Position numbers and translations under genes: made by a program. DNA of 44,079 nucleotides from a virus (taxonomy: Duplodnaviria > Caudoviricetes), in IMG/VR virus record IMGVR_UViG_3300030376_006920, positions 1 to 44,079 of that record; one strand, 5' to 3'. The notes beneath the pieces were generated by a model. The model was not told where the DNA came from. It did not search any database and saw nothing but the letters and a program-made list of their open reading frames with translations. Each line of letters begins with the position of its first letter. The stretch's first letter is position 1. Positions 9,453 through 19,719 of the stretch are shown here, piece after piece.

Positions 9453-10307
9453 TTACGTTGCACCAAGATTTCCTAATGCTGTGTTTATCAATGTACTAAT
9501 TTGATTTTGAATTAACACGTCTCCTGCCAAAAGTATTTGACCTGTTGATTGTTCATGTGTTGAGCCATCCATTATAGTACCATCTGCCATTAAGTGATAA
9601 TAACCTTGATATTCACTATTATCTAATTTTACTGTTAATTGTCCAGTATCAGCATATAAATTAGAGACTAATTCAAGATCCGCTTTGGGTGCGAATTGAA
9701 TTAAATCAGATAAATAACCTTTTATACCTCTAAAAGTAACATTTGTTTTATCAATAATTCTTTTATTTGTATTAGAAATACCGGCTTTTTGAACCCCAAA
9801 TTTATCTTTTGAATCTTTAATTGGACCAGTAATCTTCCAATATAATGAAGTTACAGACCATAATGCATAATTGTATTTACCTCTTTGTGATCTTAAATCA
9901 TCATGGGTTGTTTTATCAATCTCTAAAATAACTGGGGGTGATTGATTACGGGATTTAGCAAAATATCTTATAAATGCTCCTTTTTGATAATCGTTTTGAG
10001 TAGGTTGAGGATAATAAGATTCAGGAGTTAAACCAAATTTATATATTTCTTGATCAGAAGGTTTTACTTTTTGATAAGCTAAATTTTGTCTAGTAGGGGC
10101 TACCTTGTTTTGTGATGATAAAGTTACAGGAGGAGCACTACTTAAACTTTTACGATTAGCATCAGTAGGACCTTTACCACTATATATTTCACCTGAGTAA
10201 TATTGGTGATAATAACCTTGATAGTATTCACCAGTAGAAGAGTCTATAAATTCCCCACCATTAGTGTATAAATTTTGGTTAACCATATTTTTAGGTACGT
10301 ATGCCAT
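9453..10307 (-). CDS. Hypothetical protein, probably baseplate-associated
   Basis: 284 aa; translationally coupled to the hub gene; duplicated NLY...YQGYYH motif. Confidence 0.75.
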   Translation of the reverse strand: MAYVPKNMVNQNLYTNGGEFIDSSTGEYYQGYYHQYYSGEIYSGKGPTDANRKSLSSAPPVTLSSQNKVAPTRQNLAYQKVKPSDQEIYKFGLTPESYYPQPTQNDYQKGAFIRYFAKSRNQSPPVILEIDKTTHDDLRSQRGKYNYALWSVTSLYWKITGPIKDSKDKFGVQKAGISNTNKRIIDKTNVTFRGIKGYLSDLIQFAPKADLELVSNLYADTGQLTVKLDNSEYQGYYHLMADGTIMDGSTHEQSTGQILLAGDVLIQNQISTLINTALGNLGAT

Positions 10308-13300
10308 TATCCTCCTAAATATCTAATTTCAGCGTTTCTACGAGAAGGGACTTGAGTTCCTCCTATATTAGCTCTTCTTTGTAATTCATTTATTACTCCT
10401 TGTACTCCATCTGATTTGTATCCTTCTATAAAATCAAAGAATAAAGTACCGTAATTGTATGCTAAATCTACGAATACTACTTTTAATTTCAAAGGTAAAC
10501 TATCATAAGATACACCTCTACTATTTAATCTATTTACAACTCTAGGTTTAAATTCATCTGTTACTCTACGAATTAAATCTAATTCTGCAGTTGGTTTATC
10601 TACTCTACTTTTTCTAGTAATTTTATAAAAACTACCATCGGGGTTGGTAATTGTATCACTACCATATCCAATACGAATACGTTCCCAATCAGGATCTGGG
10701 TAGGGTGTTTCTCTAAATCCTTCTAGTGGTTTAATAAAGTTTACAATTGCAGTAATATCTTGATCTGGTATGGGTTGTGTTTGTGGTTGTAAAGTTACAG
10801 GTTGACCTGTTGGTGCATCTGGTAGTTCATTTGGAGTAAATGAATTATCAGGAATATCTGTATTACCTATACTTACAGTAGGTGGAGTTCTTTCTACTTC
10901 TGGGAAGTCTACATCAATAGAAGTCCCAGTAGGAGGAGAAACAGGTTCTCCTGTAGATGGAATTGTAGGTCTTTCGTTTTTATATAAGGGTTTATCTAAT
11001 AATATGGTTTGACCACGTAAAGTAGTAGTCCATTTATTATCATCTAAATTATGGTTAATAGAGAATACACAAAATGCTACTCTATTTCTATATTTTTTAG
11101 GTAATCTATTATTTGGAACTAAAAATGCGTTATAAGGTAAAACACCCGCTATCCCATCCATGGTTAAATTAAATTCTAAAGGAATTAAAGAAGTACCAGA
11201 TGTTTTTGGGAGTGTTTTTTTATTAATGCCTTGCAATGAAGAAAAAGTATTAATAAGAGATGATATACTGCCAAGTTTTAATCCTATATCTGTTTTATCG
11301 TCTGAGGAGTAGCAGTAATAAATGTGATCATATAATTTTTGATATGTTTTTAGGGTTTTACCTGTTTCATCATCATTACTACTTTGTTTTGCTATTATTG
11401 CTGGTATTTTTGCTGTTGAGAATCTGTCTACAATACCAACATTCATACTTTGATATGATAAAACATCTTCTGAAAATGTTTTTGCACCCCCTGAATCTCT
11501 TGCTTGTGCAGCTATTACAATTTGTGAAGCTAGTTTAGGAGTAATTTTAGAACTAAAACTATAATCATAAACTGTTGATTTTAACCCAAAATTAGGTATA
11601 ACTAATAATTTTTCAGGTGTAATTTCTTCAACTACATTTTCATCTATAATTCTTAATACCTTTCCATCATCTCCTACAAATGCTCTTAAGTTATTAACTT
11701 GGCCTAAACTTTGATTTATACCATCCAATATAGCATTTACATATTCTATTAAACTAACACTTTTATCTTCTTTATTTGATAAACTTTCTAGAGTAGTGTA
11801 AGCAAATTTAAGATTAACTAAAATATTAAACACATTACCCATAAAACTTTCACCTAATATAGGATTAACTTTATTTCTTTGAGGGTTTTCTACAAAATTT
11901 TTATACTTGTTTCCGTATTTATCAATTCCACCCCACCATGAAGGTTGATTATCTGTAGTAACATCTAAAGGTGCAAAAAATGCACTAGGTCTTACTGTAG
12001 GTGACCAAGGTATTAAACATTTAGTTGGATCTACACTACATTCCAAGGGGCCTGTAAGTATTTCTGTGTTATCTGGGTGGTAATCTAAATATGCTACAGG
12101 TTTGCAAGTTGATGTATCAGGAGAAGCTACAGATAATTTAATTTGTTCTTTTGTTTCAGTAAATACTCCTATATGTTGGATTAAGGCGAATAAATGACCT
12201 AACGTAATATAAGAACTAATTTGATCATCACCACTATCTGTTTTTAATTTACTAGCATATCCACTGTAAAAATCAGTAGGTATAGGATTTAAATCATCAT
12301 TATTAGGAGCATCTAATCCTAATACTAATTGATAAGCATTACCATAAGCAGAAAGGTTTTTAAGGGGATCTGTAGAATCTTGATTTATATATTGAACATT
12401 AGCTCCAAAATCATCTCCTTCATCAAAATAAATTTTATTATATGTAGCTGAAGAGTAAATGTTGTTAAGTACATTTCCCCAACTCTCTTTTATAGTTTCT
12501 TCTCCAGTTAAACTTCCTAAAAAACCTGCTTCTTTAATAATACCTTCTTTAAAGAAATTTTCAGGGCCTATTTTACCAAATTTTCCTGTAATTGTAGGAC
12601 GAGTACCTAAATCAGCTCCTGTATTGGAAGTTACTTCTCCTTGTTTAATAGTTTTAAACAAATCTTCTCTTGAAGAAAGGTAATTATGAAGTGAAAATAA
12701 AGCGTTTCCTAATGTAGAAGAATATTTTTCTGCTTCAATATTTTTACCAGCATCAAAATCAATATTAATAGAACTATTAATTTTTAATGATTCTAACATT
12801 CCACCTGGTCCCATAAGTTTAATACTGCAACTATAAGAACCGTCATTATTAGCTTTCCAATCAAAGTTATAAACAGTACCTACCATACCATCATAGTTAC
12901 CAAAAGTATCTTGACGTTTTTTAGTTATTGCTTGTAATAATTCATCTTTATCATCAAAGCTAAAGAAATTAATAGGACGAATATTATTTTGTAAAGCACC
13001 ACTATTATCAACATAGGGAGTATGTCCCCATTCTAGAAATAAACTTGTACCTAAACTCATATAAAGTTTAGTCATTATATCTAGTTGATCTAGATCATAG
13101 CAAATAAAATTAATATCGGCTTGCATTAAGGTTTGCCACCTACCACCAGTACCTACTTTAATATCTGTAATTCCGGGCATAGGTTTATAACCTAATTGAT
13201 CGGTAGCTCCTTGGGTATAAGTTTGGTCAAAGCCTTGTTTTTGAGTAACGTTAGGATTATTTGAGGTAACAGTACCTCCCTGTAAAACAAATTGTTTAGC

Positions 13301-13594
13301 TAAATCTGAAGAATACCCATCAAGATTGCGGAATTCATCTGTAGCTGTTATATCATTTATTAAACCTCCACCTCCAACAACATCAAATATAGTTGTAGTT
13401 TCTTTAATATTAGGTTGAGGGTTGGCATTAAAATCAACACCTGAACTAAGACGAAACCATCCTGTTCTATTGCTTAACCATTGTAAATCTGAGGGTGTGC
13501 GGGTTTGTTTATTAACTATATTTTCACGTTCAGTAATTTGTTTTTGAACGTAATCTAGTAATCCAGTACCAACAATATTTTTAAACTTTGCCAT
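10307..13594 (-). CDS. Baseplate hub protein with C-terminal phage lysozyme (GH24-like) domain
   Basis: PMPGIT, LEWG, YDGMVG motifs in hub position after the LysM/wedge gene; Pro-rich linker; LEGFRETPYPD...IGYG, LAYNYG, RRNAE. Confidence 0.78.
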   Translation of the reverse strand: MAKFKNIVGTGLLDYVQKQITERENIVNKQTRTPSDLQWLSNRTGWFRLSSGVDFNANPQPNIKETTTIFDVVGGGGLINDITATDEFRNLDGYSSDLAKQFVLQGGTVTSNNPNVTQKQGFDQTYTQGATDQLGYKPMPGITDIKVGTGGRWQTLMQADINFICYDLDQLDIMTKLYMSLGTSLFLEWGHTPYVDNSGALQNNIRPINFFSFDDKDELLQAITKKRQDTFGNYDGMVGTVYNFDWKANNDGSYSCSIKLMGPGGMLESLKINSSINIDFDAGKNIEAEKYSSTLGNALFSLHNYLSSREDLFKTIKQGEVTSNTGADLGTRPTITGKFGKIGPENFFKEGIIKEAGFLGSLTGEETIKESWGNVLNNIYSSATYNKIYFDEGDDFGANVQYINQDSTDPLKNLSAYGNAYQLVLGLDAPNNDDLNPIPTDFYSGYASKLKTDSGDDQISSYITLGHLFALIQHIGVFTETKEQIKLSVASPDTSTCKPVAYLDYHPDNTEILTGPLECSVDPTKCLIPWSPTVRPSAFFAPLDVTTDNQPSWWGGIDKYGNKYKNFVENPQRNKVNPILGESFMGNVFNILVNLKFAYTTLESLSNKEDKSVSLIEYVNAILDGINQSLGQVNNLRAFVGDDGKVLRIIDENVVEEITPEKLLVIPNFGLKSTVYDYSFSSKITPKLASQIVIAAQARDSGGAKTFSEDVLSYQSMNVGIVDRFSTAKIPAIIAKQSSNDDETGKTLKTYQKLYDHIYYCYSSDDKTDIGLKLGSISSLINTFSSLQGINKKTLPKTSGTSLIPLEFNLTMDGIAGVLPYNAFLVPNNRLPKKYRNRVAFCVFSINHNLDDNKWTTTLRGQTILLDKPLYKNERPTIPSTGEPVSPPTGTSIDVDFPEVERTPPTVSIGNTDIPDNSFTPNELPDAPTGQPVTLQPQTQPIPDQDITAIVNFIKPLEGFRETPYPDPDWERIRIGYGSDTITNPDGSFYKITRKSRVDKPTAELDLIRRVTDEFKPRVVNRLNSRGVSYDSLPLKLKVVFVDLAYNYGTLFFDFIEGYKSDGVQGVINELQRRANIGGTQVPSRRNAEIRYLGG

Positions 13595-13602
13595 AACATT
13601 TT

Positions 13603-13902
13603 TTAACTATTAACATTATCGAAAGCATTCAATGCAGCATCTACATCAGCAGGTATTCTTAATTGGAATCCCATTGGTGGAAACATTGAATCACCAGGCA
13701 AATCATTAGCCATAGCTACTACCCACCATAACGTTGAATCACCATAGAAATCGTATGCTAATAGATCTAATCTATCTTGATCTCTAGTGATAATATAATA
13801 ATCTTCATTTGTAGGGACAAGTGATGGGTATTTTGTTGGTAAATAAATTACTTTACCACCATTACCTTTATATGTTCCTATATTTTCGTATCTTCTTGCC
13901 AT
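13603..13902 (-). CDS. Baseplate wedge LysM-like protein (T4 gp53 / P2 gpX-like)
   Basis: DRLDLLAYDFYGDSTLWWVVAMAN...G.QLRIP. Confidence 0.85.
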   Translation of the reverse strand: MARRYENIGTYKGNGGKVIYLPTKYPSLVPTNEDYYIITRDQDRLDLLAYDFYGDSTLWWVVAMANDLPGDSMFPPMGFQLRIPADVDAALNAFDNVNS

Positions 13903-15704
13903 TATGATGCTGGTAAGTATCTATTTCTTGGATCTGCTGTTAATAATATTCTTGATGCTCTACCAGTTTTAGGTAAAGTATTAAGTATTGGTTTAAAGTT
14001 TACAGCAACATCTATAATTTGAGGTGTTTCTAACATATCAGAATCGTTACCACCTTCAGGCTCATTCATTGCTATTTCCCAAGCGTATTCATCTGCAACT
14101 GTTAAGTTTAAACTAGTTAAAATACCAGGTGTTCTAACAAATAAATCTCCTATAGTTAATTTAGTAAAGTTACCTTTCATAAACCCAGTACCTACTCCAT
14201 AATCAGGATATAAGGTAGAAATAAGATAATTTAATTTTCTATAAAGTGGTCTCATTTCTTGTTTTGTTTGAGCAGCTACTTTAAAATTAAAACTAACTGA
14301 TCTATCAAATCCTTGATATGTGTAAAAATTTTCACCTCTACCAGCATATCGTTTTGAATCCCATTGTGCTTCATGTGAATCATTATATCCAGTTAAGAAT
14401 GCTCTAAAGAACATTGCTGAGGCATTAGCAGGGTTATTATTAGATACTGTTTCGAATGCAAACTTAATTAAATCTCTATTAGTACCTGAATCATATACAC
14501 CAATAGGTGACATGTTAATTTTATCTTGACCAGCTACAAATGGAGTACTTGTATTTGTTCTATCTCTTCTAGCTCCAGGATCTCCTATTCCAACTCTAGT
14601 TGTTTTATTAATACTAGGAGAACTATAATCTCTTTTATTTACAGAAGATGGATCTAATACATCTTTTCTAAAATCTCTAACAACTAAATCTCCGGGTTTT
14701 GCTCCAGTACGACTTTTAATCGCATCATAACCCATTGTATATTTTAGTTGGTCATATTGTGTTGAAGTATCAACTAAAGGTACTTGATTTGCCCTAATAA
14801 AATCAGAACTTTCTTGAGGATATACATTTTGTATAGTATTATCTTCAGCTACACCAATTACTTCGGTACTTAAACCAAAAAATCTACTTAACCCTAAAGT
14901 ATCATAGTATTTGTATTCTACTACTGGTCTACCTTGTACTAGTTCTTCATTTATACTAGTTTTAAAGTAAGGACCTGTTGCTTTAGGAGCATTTTTAGTA
15001 AGTATAGGTGCATTTTTAGCATCTGTAGCTACTCTAATAGTAGTACTACCTAAACCGTATAGTGAACCAGGACCATTTTGATAAAAGAATAGTTCTGAAT
15101 CTATTGTATCGTTAATTCCTAATTTTTGGGCAATTGTTCCTCCTGTAAATTCATCTACAGGATCAGGATTTACTTTAAAATTATATAAAGCAACTAATCT
15201 ATTTTCTTGAGTTGGTTTATGTGATACAACATATTGATAAGTATTTTCAACATAACCAAGTTCATTTTCATTTAGCCCGGCTTGTGGATATCTAAATCCA
15301 GTACCACCTTCAGCTATTTGTTTCATTAAGTTGACACCATTACTATATTCCATAGTATTTGGTCGTCCACCTTGCATTCTAGATTCCATTAATGGGTTAG
15401 ATGCGTTTAACCCAGCTTGTTTATCTAAAAATGCTTTACCATAAGGGTAAGATAATAAGAATCGATCTATACGAGCAAAGTCAGTTCTAGCAGCTAATTC
15501 CTCATAGGAACCACCACGTATAGGATAATCTAGACTTAATGCTTCAGTAGTTGAACTATTCAACTCATCAATTGTATCAGGTACAGGTGCCTTCATCCAG
15601 GGTTGTCCTGATGAACCACCACCTCTAATATCTCCTGTATATTTTAGACCTTTTGAGTTGTATTTGAAGCTATCTGGATCGTTATATAGATCTTTTATAG
15701 CCAT
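13902..15704 (-). CDS. Baseplate tail-tube initiator-like protein (gp48/gp54-type C-terminal domain)
   Basis: C-terminal FRAFL...W....YAGR.E.FYTYQGF.RSVSFNF tube-like fold; lies between tape measure and LysM wedge genes. Confidence 0.65.
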   Translation of the reverse strand: MAIKDLYNDPDSFKYNSKGLKYTGDIRGGGSSGQPWMKAPVPDTIDELNSSTTEALSLDYPIRGGSYEELAARTDFARIDRFLLSYPYGKAFLDKQAGLNASNPLMESRMQGGRPNTMEYSNGVNLMKQIAEGGTGFRYPQAGLNENELGYVENTYQYVVSHKPTQENRLVALYNFKVNPDPVDEFTGGTIAQKLGINDTIDSELFFYQNGPGSLYGLGSTTIRVATDAKNAPILTKNAPKATGPYFKTSINEELVQGRPVVEYKYYDTLGLSRFFGLSTEVIGVAEDNTIQNVYPQESSDFIRANQVPLVDTSTQYDQLKYTMGYDAIKSRTGAKPGDLVVRDFRKDVLDPSSVNKRDYSSPSINKTTRVGIGDPGARRDRTNTSTPFVAGQDKINMSPIGVYDSGTNRDLIKFAFETVSNNNPANASAMFFRAFLTGYNDSHEAQWDSKRYAGRGENFYTYQGFDRSVSFNFKVAAQTKQEMRPLYRKLNYLISTLYPDYGVGTGFMKGNFTKLTIGDLFVRTPGILTSLNLTVADEYAWEIAMNEPEGGNDSDMLETPQIIDVAVNFKPILNTLPKTGRASRILLTADPRNRYLPAS

Positions 15705-15892
15705 TACTTAGGTAAATTGTCTACGTATTTTTCTGGAGTTGTACCGTCTAAATCTAATTGTGAAGGTACTTTATCAGCTGATAAACCTTTACCTGTTAAA
15801 GAAGCGATATTGTGTATAGATTCTTTAGGGAATTGTTTTGGGGTACCTTCATTACCTAGTAAAGAAGTAAGTTCTGTTCCTAAAATTGCCAT
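15704..15892 (-). CDS. Small hypothetical protein in the baseplate module
   Basis: 62 aa; preceded by ATATTTAT; TAATG-coupled to the next gene. Confidence 0.7.
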   Translation of the reverse strand: MAILGTELTSLLGNEGTPKQFPKESIHNIASLTGKGLSADKVPSQLDLDGTTPEKYVDNLPK

Positions 15893-15912
15893 ATTAATTA
15901 ATTTTATTTATT

Positions 15913-15920
15913 ATAAATAT
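15913..15920 (-). promoter_or_regulatory. Putative late promoter ATATTTAT
   Basis: Intergenic, upstream of the baseplate genes. Confidence 0.6.
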
Positions 15921-15921
15921 T

Positions 15922-18033
15922 TTAAACTGAATATCTTCTGGTATTAACTGCTAATGATGGTTGTAAACGAGTTGATACTCTATCACCATCTAAATTTGTA
16001 ACAACAGTAGCACGTGAAGTACCTTTTTCGGCACCTTTAGCAATTGCTTCTGCTAATTTATCATAGTCAAGCATTGTACCACTATTTCTACCCTCTCTAG
16101 TAACATTAGGTGACACAGCTAATGAATCACCTCTAGCTGTGATAGCAGTTGCTCCGTAACTATCTCTAATAGTAAAGGGGCCTTTAGATGATGGGGCTAT
16201 ACCATCATTAACTTTCATTCCCCAATTTTGCTCCATTGATCTAGCTTGTTTTGATAAAGCAGATTCAAAAGAAGCACCTCCATCAAATATATTAAAGGCA
16301 CTAACTATTACACCTACAGTTTTTAATACTGGGTCTAGTAATTTTACAATACTGTTAACAACACTGAATACTGATGAGAATACTTCTAATACAGGAAGTA
16401 AAGGATCAACTAAGGATACAAAAATTTCTTGAAGTTTAGAAATTGATTGAGCAAATTTTTCTTGGGTAGAAACTGAAGCTAATTGGTTTGCTAACGTTTC
16501 GTCTCCAATTCGTTTTTTAGCCTCTTCTAAACCAACTTCTTTAACTAGATTATTAAATCTATCTTGAGCAGTTGCACCTTCTATTCCTGATAGTTTGGTT
16601 AATGCTTCTTGTTCTAACAACATTTCACCCATTTCATCTCTACTCATTCCAAGAGAAGCGGCAATAGCGTCTTGTTCTATTCTATTAGCTTTCGCAAAAT
16701 TTGCTTGGGTAATACCTTGAGCAGATAATTCCTTTGAAACACCTGCTAAATCATTAGTTAAAGCAAAAAATCTTGCTCTTTCTAAATTAAGTTGTCTACC
16801 AGTTATAACTTCAGCTTCAAATTCAGCTGTAAGTGAACTTTCTATATCTAATAAACCATCAGCAATTTTTTCTACTTGAGATAATTCAAGTCCTAATTTT
16901 TTAGCTTCAAATACAGCTTTTGCTAATTCTTTAGGTTGTGATGCGAATGTAACTAAAGTACCTTTAGATGTTTTAGAAATACTTTCTAAAAGGGTTTTTT
17001 CGTTTAATGCTAATTTATTTTGTGCATTAAGTAAAGTAACCTGACCTAGAAACTCAGTAGTAATATCTTTAGATGACTGACCTGTAGCTAATGAAAGTGT
17101 AGTTAATTGGGTTGCTGCTTCTACACTGTAACCTGCTTGTTTTACTAATTCGGTTTGAGTTACTAATAAATCTTGATTAATGGACGAATTAGTACCTAAG
17201 GTTTCATTAATAGCTAAAAAAGATTCACTTAAATTTTGTGTAGTAATAAATAAATTATCACTATTAGTAGCAATACTATTAAATTCACTATTTAATCCAA
17301 TAGCTTGGTTATAAGAAATACCTAAATTTTTAGCTATTTCACCTGAAGACTTATCCATTTTAAGGAAAGCCTCTGCTACTTCTTTTAAAATTAACAGTGG
17401 AAGTGCTGCTGCTGCAGATTTAGCTAGTGATTTAGCTCCAGCAGCAAAGGCTCTAGAAGCGGATTTTCCTGCTACAGCTTGCTCTCTAGCTGCTGAGGCT
17501 GCCTTAGAAAAAGGTTCTGAAAATCGTCTAAGACCAGGGATTGATTTAGCAATATCCTCAACAGCACTAAAAGTTTTTACACCAAAATTATCAGCAACTT
17601 TAGCTGAGGATTTTTTAGTTTCTTCTAATTCAGCATTAATTTTAGAAATACTATCAATTTGATCTTTTAAATTTAAACCTAAGGCTTCTAATTCTTTTCT
17701 TTGATCAACACTTAATCCATTAGATATATCTTGTAAAGCGATTTTTCTTTTCCGAAGAGTTTCTTGTGCTTTTTGTATTTCAGCAATATTCTTTTGCGTA
17801 CCTAATTCATCTTTTAAAATGGTTCTCGATTCAGCTGCTAATTTATTTACCTCTTTAGTAATAGAGCGAATCGCAGACCTTTCAGATTTTTCAAACTGTA
17901 AAGACCCTAAAGAATCTTGTAGGGCATTAGAAATACTTCTTTGATTTTCTAATGTTTCTTGAGTAATCCCCTTAAGTTCTTTGACTAGTTCATTTATATC
18001 TTCTCGTAGTCTTTTTTCTTCAGGTGTAGCCAT
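15922..18033 (-). CDS. Tape measure protein
   Basis: 703 aa, helical, Ala/Leu/Ser-rich; follows tube and chaperone genes. Confidence 0.8.
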   Translation of the reverse strand: MATPEEKRLREDINELVKELKGITQETLENQRSISNALQDSLGSLQFEKSERSAIRSITKEVNKLAAESRTILKDELGTQKNIAEIQKAQETLRKRKIALQDISNGLSVDQRKELEALGLNLKDQIDSISKINAELEETKKSSAKVADNFGVKTFSAVEDIAKSIPGLRRFSEPFSKAASAAREQAVAGKSASRAFAAGAKSLAKSAAAALPLLILKEVAEAFLKMDKSSGEIAKNLGISYNQAIGLNSEFNSIATNSDNLFITTQNLSESFLAINETLGTNSSINQDLLVTQTELVKQAGYSVEAATQLTTLSLATGQSSKDITTEFLGQVTLLNAQNKLALNEKTLLESISKTSKGTLVTFASQPKELAKAVFEAKKLGLELSQVEKIADGLLDIESSLTAEFEAEVITGRQLNLERARFFALTNDLAGVSKELSAQGITQANFAKANRIEQDAIAASLGMSRDEMGEMLLEQEALTKLSGIEGATAQDRFNNLVKEVGLEEAKKRIGDETLANQLASVSTQEKFAQSISKLQEIFVSLVDPLLPVLEVFSSVFSVVNSIVKLLDPVLKTVGVIVSAFNIFDGGASFESALSKQARSMEQNWGMKVNDGIAPSSKGPFTIRDSYGATAITARGDSLAVSPNVTREGRNSGTMLDYDKLAEAIAKGAEKGTSRATVVTNLDGDRVSTRLQPSLAVNTRRYSV

Positions 18034-18051
18034 GTACAGAATTTAACGCAT

Positions 18052-18059
18052 ATAAATAT
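18052..18059 (-). promoter_or_regulatory. Putative late promoter ATATTTAT
   Basis: Intergenic, upstream of the tape measure gene. Confidence 0.6.
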
Positions 18060-18068
18060 GAAAAGTGC

Positions 18069-18386
18069 CTACTTTTTGGTAGGCACTGATGCATTATATA
18101 CGTTAGCAGGATTAATGTTAGGTCTTGCTACTTGTTTAGGGTCATTTTTAAGCATATTTTGTTGCTTATTTTGAGCCTCTTCTTGTTTTTTATACCATTC
18201 TTCAATTTTCTTGAAGGTAAAATTTCTTAACCATATTGGCATATTATATAAGGTATGCCAGTCGTATCCCCCATTACCATGAAATACAATTTCATGTATT
18301 TGAGAGAATATACTTTGCCTATACTCAGGCGTCAGGCCAAAAAAACGATAGATTGATGGGGATATTGATGCCCTCCTCTGCACCAT
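18069..18386 (-). CDS. gp51-like tail/baseplate assembly chaperone (possibly a frameshift extension of the upstream gene)
   Basis: HEIVFHGNGGYDWHTLYNMPIWLR motif; overlaps the upstream ORF across a T7 run. Confidence 0.65.
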   Translation of the reverse strand: MVQRRASISPSIYRFFGLTPEYRQSIFSQIHEIVFHGNGGYDWHTLYNMPIWLRNFTFKKIEEWYKKQEEAQNKQQNMLKNDPKQVARPNINPANVYNASVPTKK

Positions 18387-19092
18387 CCCCTACATATTTT
18401 AGGTTAACATCTGGTGATACACGTGATATTTCTGTTCTTAATGCTCTAGAATCTCTAGCTAACATATATTTGTCTACAAATTCACGTATTGTTTTCTTTT
18501 CAGTATCACCATCTACGGATGTTATTGTATATTTTAAACGAGTAGATATTTCAGGTATACTTTCTTTATTAATTTTTTGTAAACCTTGAATTTCTCTATC
18601 AATTTTTTTCTCGTCTCCGTGTGTTAATATTTTATAAGTGATTGTTGTTTTTGAATGTGGTAATTCAAAACTAAACCCATTAACACCTTCTTCAAGTAAA
18701 TTGTTAGGGTCTAAAATCTTATCATCTAATGTTGTTAAATCAACAGTAAAATCTTCAATTTGTTTTGTATCTGAGTTATAAGCTCTAAAGGTATAATCTT
18801 TACCATAACCCAATACACGAGATGCAATTAATAATGCATTTTTATCTCCAATTACTATATCGTTAATGTTAATTTTAGATACAATTAACGATTCAATAAG
18901 TTTATCCAACACAATACCTTTTGAAATGTAGTTTTGGTTGGTTAGAATATCTTCCTCCTTAGCAGTCATATATTTCATTTCTACTTTACCTGAAGACAAT
19001 GGATTATCCTTAGGATATATTAATCCTTTAGATGGTAATTCAACGACTTCAGTGGGGAATTTAAATTTATTTTCTGTAACTTGTTCTTCCAT
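18325..19092 (-). CDS. gp26-like baseplate hub / tail assembly chaperone
   Basis: VELPSKG..Y, MTAKEEDIL, GD..ALLIASR..GYG, second ELP repeat, C-terminal FFWP. Confidence 0.8.
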   Translation of the reverse strand: MEEQVTENKFKFPTEVVELPSKGLIYPKDNPLSSGKVEMKYMTAKEEDILTNQNYISKGIVLDKLIESLIVSKININDIVIGDKNALLIASRVLGYGKDYTFRAYNSDTKQIEDFTVDLTTLDDKILDPNNLLEEGVNGFSFELPHSKTTITYKILTHGDEKKIDREIQGLQKINKESIPEISTRLKYTITSVDGDTEKKTIREFVDKYMLARDSRALRTEISRVSPDVNLKYVGDGAEEGINIPINLSFFWPDA

Positions 19093-19116
19093 ACTATAAA
19101 TAACTTATTTGTGGAT

Positions 19117-19124
19117 ATAAATAT
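19117..19124 (-). promoter_or_regulatory. Putative late promoter ATATTTAT
   Basis: Just downstream of the tube-gene terminator; variant copy at 19096-19103. Confidence 0.6.
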
Positions 19125-19126
19125 AT

Positions 19127-19165
19127 AAAAAAGAAAAAGGTGTTCCAAAAGGAACACCATTTTTC
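19127..19165 (-). terminator. Rho-independent terminator after the tail tube gene
   Basis: Stem GGTGTTCC-N4-GGAACACC (19139-19158) followed by a U-tract on the minus strand. Confidence 0.85.
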
Positions 19166-19193
19166 AAAGGTATGGAGGGTTGGGGTATTGTTT

Positions 19194-19679
19194 TTAGAAG
19201 TTTAGTATGCAATAATCCATTGCAATGGTGATATCTAAATTGATTGCTGCATCAGCACTCCAATCATATTCACCGAAACTGGCAGTTTTAACGTATGCTC
19301 CTTTAATCACCCATTCTGATACGATATCTCCTACGGGACCTAATATATCTAATGTTAAGTCTTTCTTGTAGAAATCTGAATATCCATCACGACCTGTTAC
19401 ACTTTCGTGTGCTAGTCTTGCCCATTCCATTACGGCTTGAGCTCCAGATGGGGTTACAGGATCATATAAACCTAAAGTCATGTCATTCCAACGTACTTTA
19501 CCTTTTACTTTACGGTAAACATTGATATGATCTAAGGTGATTTCACCAGCATCGAATCCAGGTGCAGTAGCATTCTTAATTAAGTAAGCGGGAATACCGT
19601 CTACATATAGAATGAACCTGTTTTGCACTTTGGGTTCAAAGGCGGTGAACATTATTTCATTGGGATCTAATACTGCCAT
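19194..19679 (-). CDS. Tail tube protein (T4 gp19-like)
   Basis: FEPK..NRF, GKVRWNDMTL.LYD, EW.IKGA; directly after sheath. Confidence 0.9.
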   Translation of the reverse strand: MAVLDPNEIMFTAFEPKVQNRFILYVDGIPAYLIKNATAPGFDAGEITLDHINVYRKVKGKVRWNDMTLGLYDPVTPSGAQAVMEWARLAHESVTGRDGYSDFYKKDLTLDILGPVGDIVSEWVIKGAYVKTASFGEYDWSADAAINLDITIAMDYCILNF

Positions 19680-19696
19680 TTTATTATTTGTTTATT

Positions 19697-19704
19697 ATAA
19701 ATAT
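19697..19704 (-). promoter_or_regulatory. Putative late promoter ATATTTAT
   Basis: Intergenic, upstream of the tube gene. Confidence 0.6.
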
Positions 19705-19719
19705 TGCCTATTTAAGCTT

